Positions 58,192 to 64,000 of a DNA stretch of 64,000 nucleotides are shown here, in pieces. The notes beneath the pieces are model-generated. The model was not told where the DNA came from and did not search any database. It saw nothing but the letters and a program-made list of their open reading frames with translations. Numbering within the stretch: position 1 is the stretch's first letter; each line of letters starts with the position of its first letter. The stretch spans positions 187,544-251,543 of the IMG/VR virus record IMGVR_UViG_3300042922_000643; one strand, 5' to 3'. The translations under genes were made by a program, and so were the position numbers.

Positions 58192-60805
58192 ATGAGCTTA
58201 TCTAGGGAAAAGGAAGTGATAGTTTACGTGACCTCGACGCAAGATTTATCTTTAGCCGCTGCGAAAGAAGAGCGGGGAGTCAGTTCACAACGCTTTACGC
58301 ATCTTCATCTGCACACACCAGGTAGTTTGCTAGATGGATTTTGTCGTATAGCTGATCTAGTAAAACTCGCTAAAGAATTTGGTATGGACGCCGTGGGTAT
58401 TAGTGACCATGGAAATTGCCATTCTCATGTCGAGTTTTTTCAAGCTTGTAAAGAAGCAGGAATTAAACCAATTATGGGTATGGAAGGTTATATTACGCCT
58501 CACCGTAGTTGGAAAAAACCTGAGTTTACAGCCAAGCATTACAAAAAGCTTTCCTATCGTTATCGCACTAAAGCAGAGATGCAAGAAGACGGCGCGGAAC
58601 AAATCGTTATGGATGGCAAGAATCTCGTTCCTAATGAGATCATTGATGCCTATCTCCGTAGTGAATTGGCAAGCCTAAACCGTTTGATTAAAGATGAGAG
58701 AGAAAACGGTAATGATCCAGAGCTGTTGAAGGATTTGTACGCGGCCAAGGATGATACTCGTATCTCAATCAATGCTTTGATCAGCTCAGGAGATCTTATT
58801 TATTCAGCGGTTCCTTCTCTAGCGACAGCAAATCTTTTTGAAATGCGGCCGAAGACGGCACATCTTTTAATGATTGCACGAACGAACGAAGGATATCAGA
58901 ATCTGCTTAAAATCACCAGTATTGCTCAGCTTGAGGGTGTTTATTACAAACCACGTGCTGATTATAAGTTAATTAAACAGTATGGGAAAGGCATCATTGC
59001 TACTAGTGCGTGTCTTGGCGGAGAAATCCCTCAGCTTATTCGTAAAGGGAAAGAAAGACTCGCTAAGAACATTGCACGGTTTTACCAAAGCTGCTTCGAT
59101 GAGTTTTACTTTGAGCTACAACCAAGCCATTTGGAAGAGCAACACTATGTAAATGAAGTCCTGATCCGCTGGAGCGAAGAAATGGATATTCCGCTCGTTG
59201 CGACTTCAGATGCTCATATGCTGCGTCCAGAAGACCTGCCTATTCACTCCGCATTAACCAAGATTGGTAAAGCCCAAGATGATGCGGATATCAACGTTTA
59301 TGAAAGCTGTTACTTCAAAAGCGCAGATGAAATGCTAGAAGGCGGAATGCCTGTAATTGCACTAGAGAATGCGTATCTCATTTCTCAGAAGTGTAATGTT
59401 GAGCTTCCCCTCGGTAGAATTCACCTGCCTAGATTCACAGTTCCACCCGAGTATACATCAGACACCTACCTTTTAGAGCTTACAGACAATGCTTTGTTCC
59501 AGATGGCGCTCGAAAAGGATATTGATATCACCGTATATAAAGATCGTTTGAAGGAAGAACTTCTCGTTATCTTCGAGAAAGGATTTTCTGATTACTTTCT
59601 TATCGTTTGGGACTATATTGCTTTTGCGCGGCGTCAAGGCATTCTAGTAGGACCAGGCCGCGGTAGTGCAGGAGGTTCTCTTGTTGCCTATCTGCTGAAA
59701 ATCACCAATATTGACCCTATCAAGTATGATCTTCTCTTCGAACGGTTCCTTGACCCTTCGCGTATGGACTTGCCCGATATTGACAGTGACTTTGATTATG
59801 TACGAAGACACGAGGTTGTTGAATATATCGCTGGAAAATATGGTCAAGATCATGTAGCTCAAGTTATTACATTCGGGTCTCTATCTTCAAAAGCGGCATT
59901 CAAAGACGTGGGCCGTATTTTAGGTATTGACCATAATATTATTAACACAATGAATAAACTAATTCCTGTTGTCTTTGGAAAGCCTTATGGCATTGACAAG
60001 GCCTTAGAAGAAGTCGAAGAATTAAGGGAGTATGAAAGACGCTATCCTGAAATGTTCGATCTTGCTCGAAAAGTTCATTCCCTGCCTCGGTCTACAGGTA
60101 TTCATGCTTGTGCTCTTGTTATTACACCAGAGCCTATTGAGGAAATGGTACCCTTGATCAAGGGAAAAGCAGGAGAAATCGTTACCCAGTACGACGGCCC
60201 TACATTAGCGGAACAGTACGGTATCCTCAAGGTTGACTTGTTGGGACTGAAAAACCTATCTGTCATTGATATCGCCCGTAAGCTTGTCCTAGAGCGATAT
60301 GACCGCGATATCGATCCTGATACATTAGAGTTTGATGATCCGCGCGTATTCAAGACTATTCAACAGGGGCACACGGCGGGGCTCTTCCAAATTGAGAGCA
60401 GCGGGATGACCAAAATGTTTCAAAGTCTAAACCGCGTTACATTCGATGACCTTGTAGCAGGAATAGCTTTATACCGTCCAGGCCCAATGCAGCATATTCC
60501 CGACTACTGTGCTCGTGCAAATGGATACACAGAGGTAACTTATCCATGTGAAGAACTGCGTCCTGTGCTAGAAAAAACGCATGGTATTGCCGTCTATCAA
60601 GAATCTATCATGGCAATGTCCAGAGTTATGGCGGGATACACAAAAGCTGAGACTACTAAGCTGCGTAAAGCGATTTCCAAGAAAAAAGAAGAGGTTATGC
60701 GTCCAGCCTTGGATGAGCTTTTCAAACGAGTCACGATGAATGGCCACTCGGAAGAATTGGCAAAGAAAATCATCGACATCATCGAGCCTTTCGTAGGCTA
60801 TGCGT
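58192..60805 (+). CDS. dnaE: DNA polymerase III alpha subunit, exon 1
   Basis: PHP domain HLHLHT..SLLDG, GPGRGSAGGS, PDIDSDF, KVDLLGL; reads to FVGYA before the intron. Start could be GTG 58228. Confidence 0.95.
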
Positions 60806-61275
60806 TAATAGATGAACGGAAGTGTTCATGAGCGCCCTTGGCGAGCAATCGCCATTGAATAACTAGGTGAATTTAGGGGAGTCCTGGAGCAACAGTCGTG
60901 AGACAGATGTATGGTGACCCTAAGCGAAGTTTTGTGTAGATGGTGGCGGAATAGGTAGACGATAGGTCGGCTTAGTAGGTTTGGGTTGTGGTTCGAATCC
61001 ACGATGCGCAATACGCGTAGACGCCGTGACGGTAAAAACCTGGCTATGTGAGGTGCAAATCCTCACCCACTATACAAAAAACGTTCAACGACTATTCTTG
61101 AAATGGCCATGAGAATTGGCAACAGAAGTAGGGCCTATGCTTATAAAGATAGGCGGGTGAGAGTCCCTTAATCCGAAGCGCCTAGCATCCTCAGAACTTT
61201 GGGGATGGTGATATAGTCTACTCCCTCTCTGCTCGACAGAGAATTCAAAATATGGGGAAACCCAGGGTGAGATGG
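60806..61275 (+). mobile_element. Group I intron in dnaE (470 nt, no homing endonuclease ORF)
   Basis: 5' splice site after U60805 and terminal G61275; splicing restores GYA-F-NKSH. P3 CTAGGTG/CGCCTAG, P GAATTTAGGGGA, Q CCCTAAGC, R GTTCAACGACTA, S GATATAGTC. Confidence 0.92.
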
Positions 61276-62207
61276 TTAACAAATCCCACAGTGTAGCATA
61301 TGCTATCGTCTGCTACATGACCGCTTACTTTAAAACATATTACCCTTTGGAGTTTATGGCGGCGTTGTTAACAGTATTTGGTAGTAATGTTAAGAAAGCA
61401 GTCCCTTATATCGCTGAATGCAAACGTATGGGATTCGAAGTATTGCCACCCGATGTAAACAAATCGGGATACGGTTTCGTAATCGAAGGCACAAATCTTC
61501 GTTTTGGCTTGAACAGCTTAAAAGGTCTTGGTGAAGTTGCGCTTGAACGCATTATAGAAGAGCGTCCTTTTGTAGATCTGGAAGATGCGATCAAACGAGT
61601 TCCGAAGAAGTTCTTGAACAAACGCGTCGTCGATGTGCTTAGCCTTTGCGGAGCCTTTGATGATCTTGCGAATGAAAAGAATCGGATGAAAATCGTTGAG
61701 AAAGCATATAAACTTCGTGGAGAGAAGAAATTTGATCTCACAAGTTTTATTGAAAACTTCGATCAAAAGGCTAAGCTTGATCATGAGAAAGCTATTCTAG
61801 GCGTCTACGTCAGTGGTCACCCACTAGATGGCTACGCTACCGCTGTCGGGCCTTGGCTTGAAAAGTCTGAAGGGGATCGATTCGATACCGCGGGAATTAT
61901 TGCCGAATTCAACGTGATTAAAACCAAGAAAGGTGATGAAATGGCCTTTGTAGATTTGGATACTATCGAAGGTCTGCAAACTATTGTCATCTTCCCTCAG
62001 CAGTATTCGTCCATTCGTGGCCAGCTTGTTGAGGAACTGATCATGAAGATTACGGTTCAAGTCGAATACAATGCTGTGCGCGGCGAACGTAATTACATCG
62101 CCAAGAAGATCACGATTCCGAAGAAGATCAATAAGGGACTTTATATCCCGAAAGCTGCTTTGGAAGAAGAAGACACTACCAGTGAATATGAACAATGGGC
62201 ACAATAG
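61276..62207 (+). CDS. dnaE: DNA polymerase III alpha subunit, exon 2
   Basis: NKSHSVAY..YFKTYYP.EFMAALL, LPPDVNKS, FGL..LKGLG, LGVYVSGHPL, C-terminal OB fold. Confidence 0.95.
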
Positions 62208-62384
62208 GGAGGTGATGTAAGTGCTGACTGAATTTGAGAAAGAATTGCTTATAGAAATACTCAACCATCAGATTAGCTGGCGCTTGCATAATCGCTCCCG
62301 CATGAATCAAATCTATGATCTTCGTCAGATCAAGAAGAAAATTGAGGAAATGCCAACGGAGTGACATATCTCACAAAGTCAATA

Positions 62385-62413
62385 TTGAAATAAAAGTTTC
62401 TATCGTGTACAAT
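62385..62413 (+). promoter_or_regulatory. SigA-type promoter for nrdI-nrdE
   Basis: TTGAAA - 17 nt - TACAAT. Confidence 0.6.
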
Positions 62414-62485
62414 ATACTTCACAAGGAGCGTTCCTGCTATGGACGCTCCCTTTCTTTCCCCTAATCGTTCAAGGAGGACTACTAG

Positions 62486-64000
<1,515 letters not shown>

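Noticed and set aside
58192-62207. dnaE as a pseudogene, frameshift or split-intein pair
   Set aside because: The gap has group I intron P/Q/R/S elements and U/G splice sites that restore the conserved FNKSH motif; no intein motifs.

Overview
About 64 kb of a large phage or prophage genome infecting a spore-forming Bacillales host. Host identity is inferred from spoVS, nrdI/nrdE and the strong GGAGG RBSs. Essentially all genes are on the + strand, and I recognised no virion structural genes. The left two-thirds is a dense early/accessory region of small genes, including host-interference and counter-defence functions: SpoVS, a YneA-like LysM membrane protein, a sigma factor, macrodomain, Nudix, AAA ATPase, J-domain, IDEAL-domain and MBL hydrolase proteins. 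It is followed by a complete ubiquitin-like conjugation cassette (tandem di-Ubl, E2, JAB, E1), an ncRNA-rich island around a PNK/phosphatase/RNA ligase gene, a DNA polymerase III alpha gene split by a group I intron, and nrdI-nrdE. Four observations stand out. (1) About 29 small proteins from at least eight unrelated families end in the same C-terminal tag, N-x6-L-x-[DE]. (2) The Ubl is encoded as a polyubiquitin-like capped dimer. (3) Eight long RNA hairpins share an invariant UAUAC/CGAA internal loop with covarying stems and unrelated cargo loops. (4) One RNA carries a mimic of the 23S rRNA L11-binding (GTPase-associated) domain, and tRNA-like mimics occur nearby, one inside the intron. All calls were made by eye; no database searches were run.
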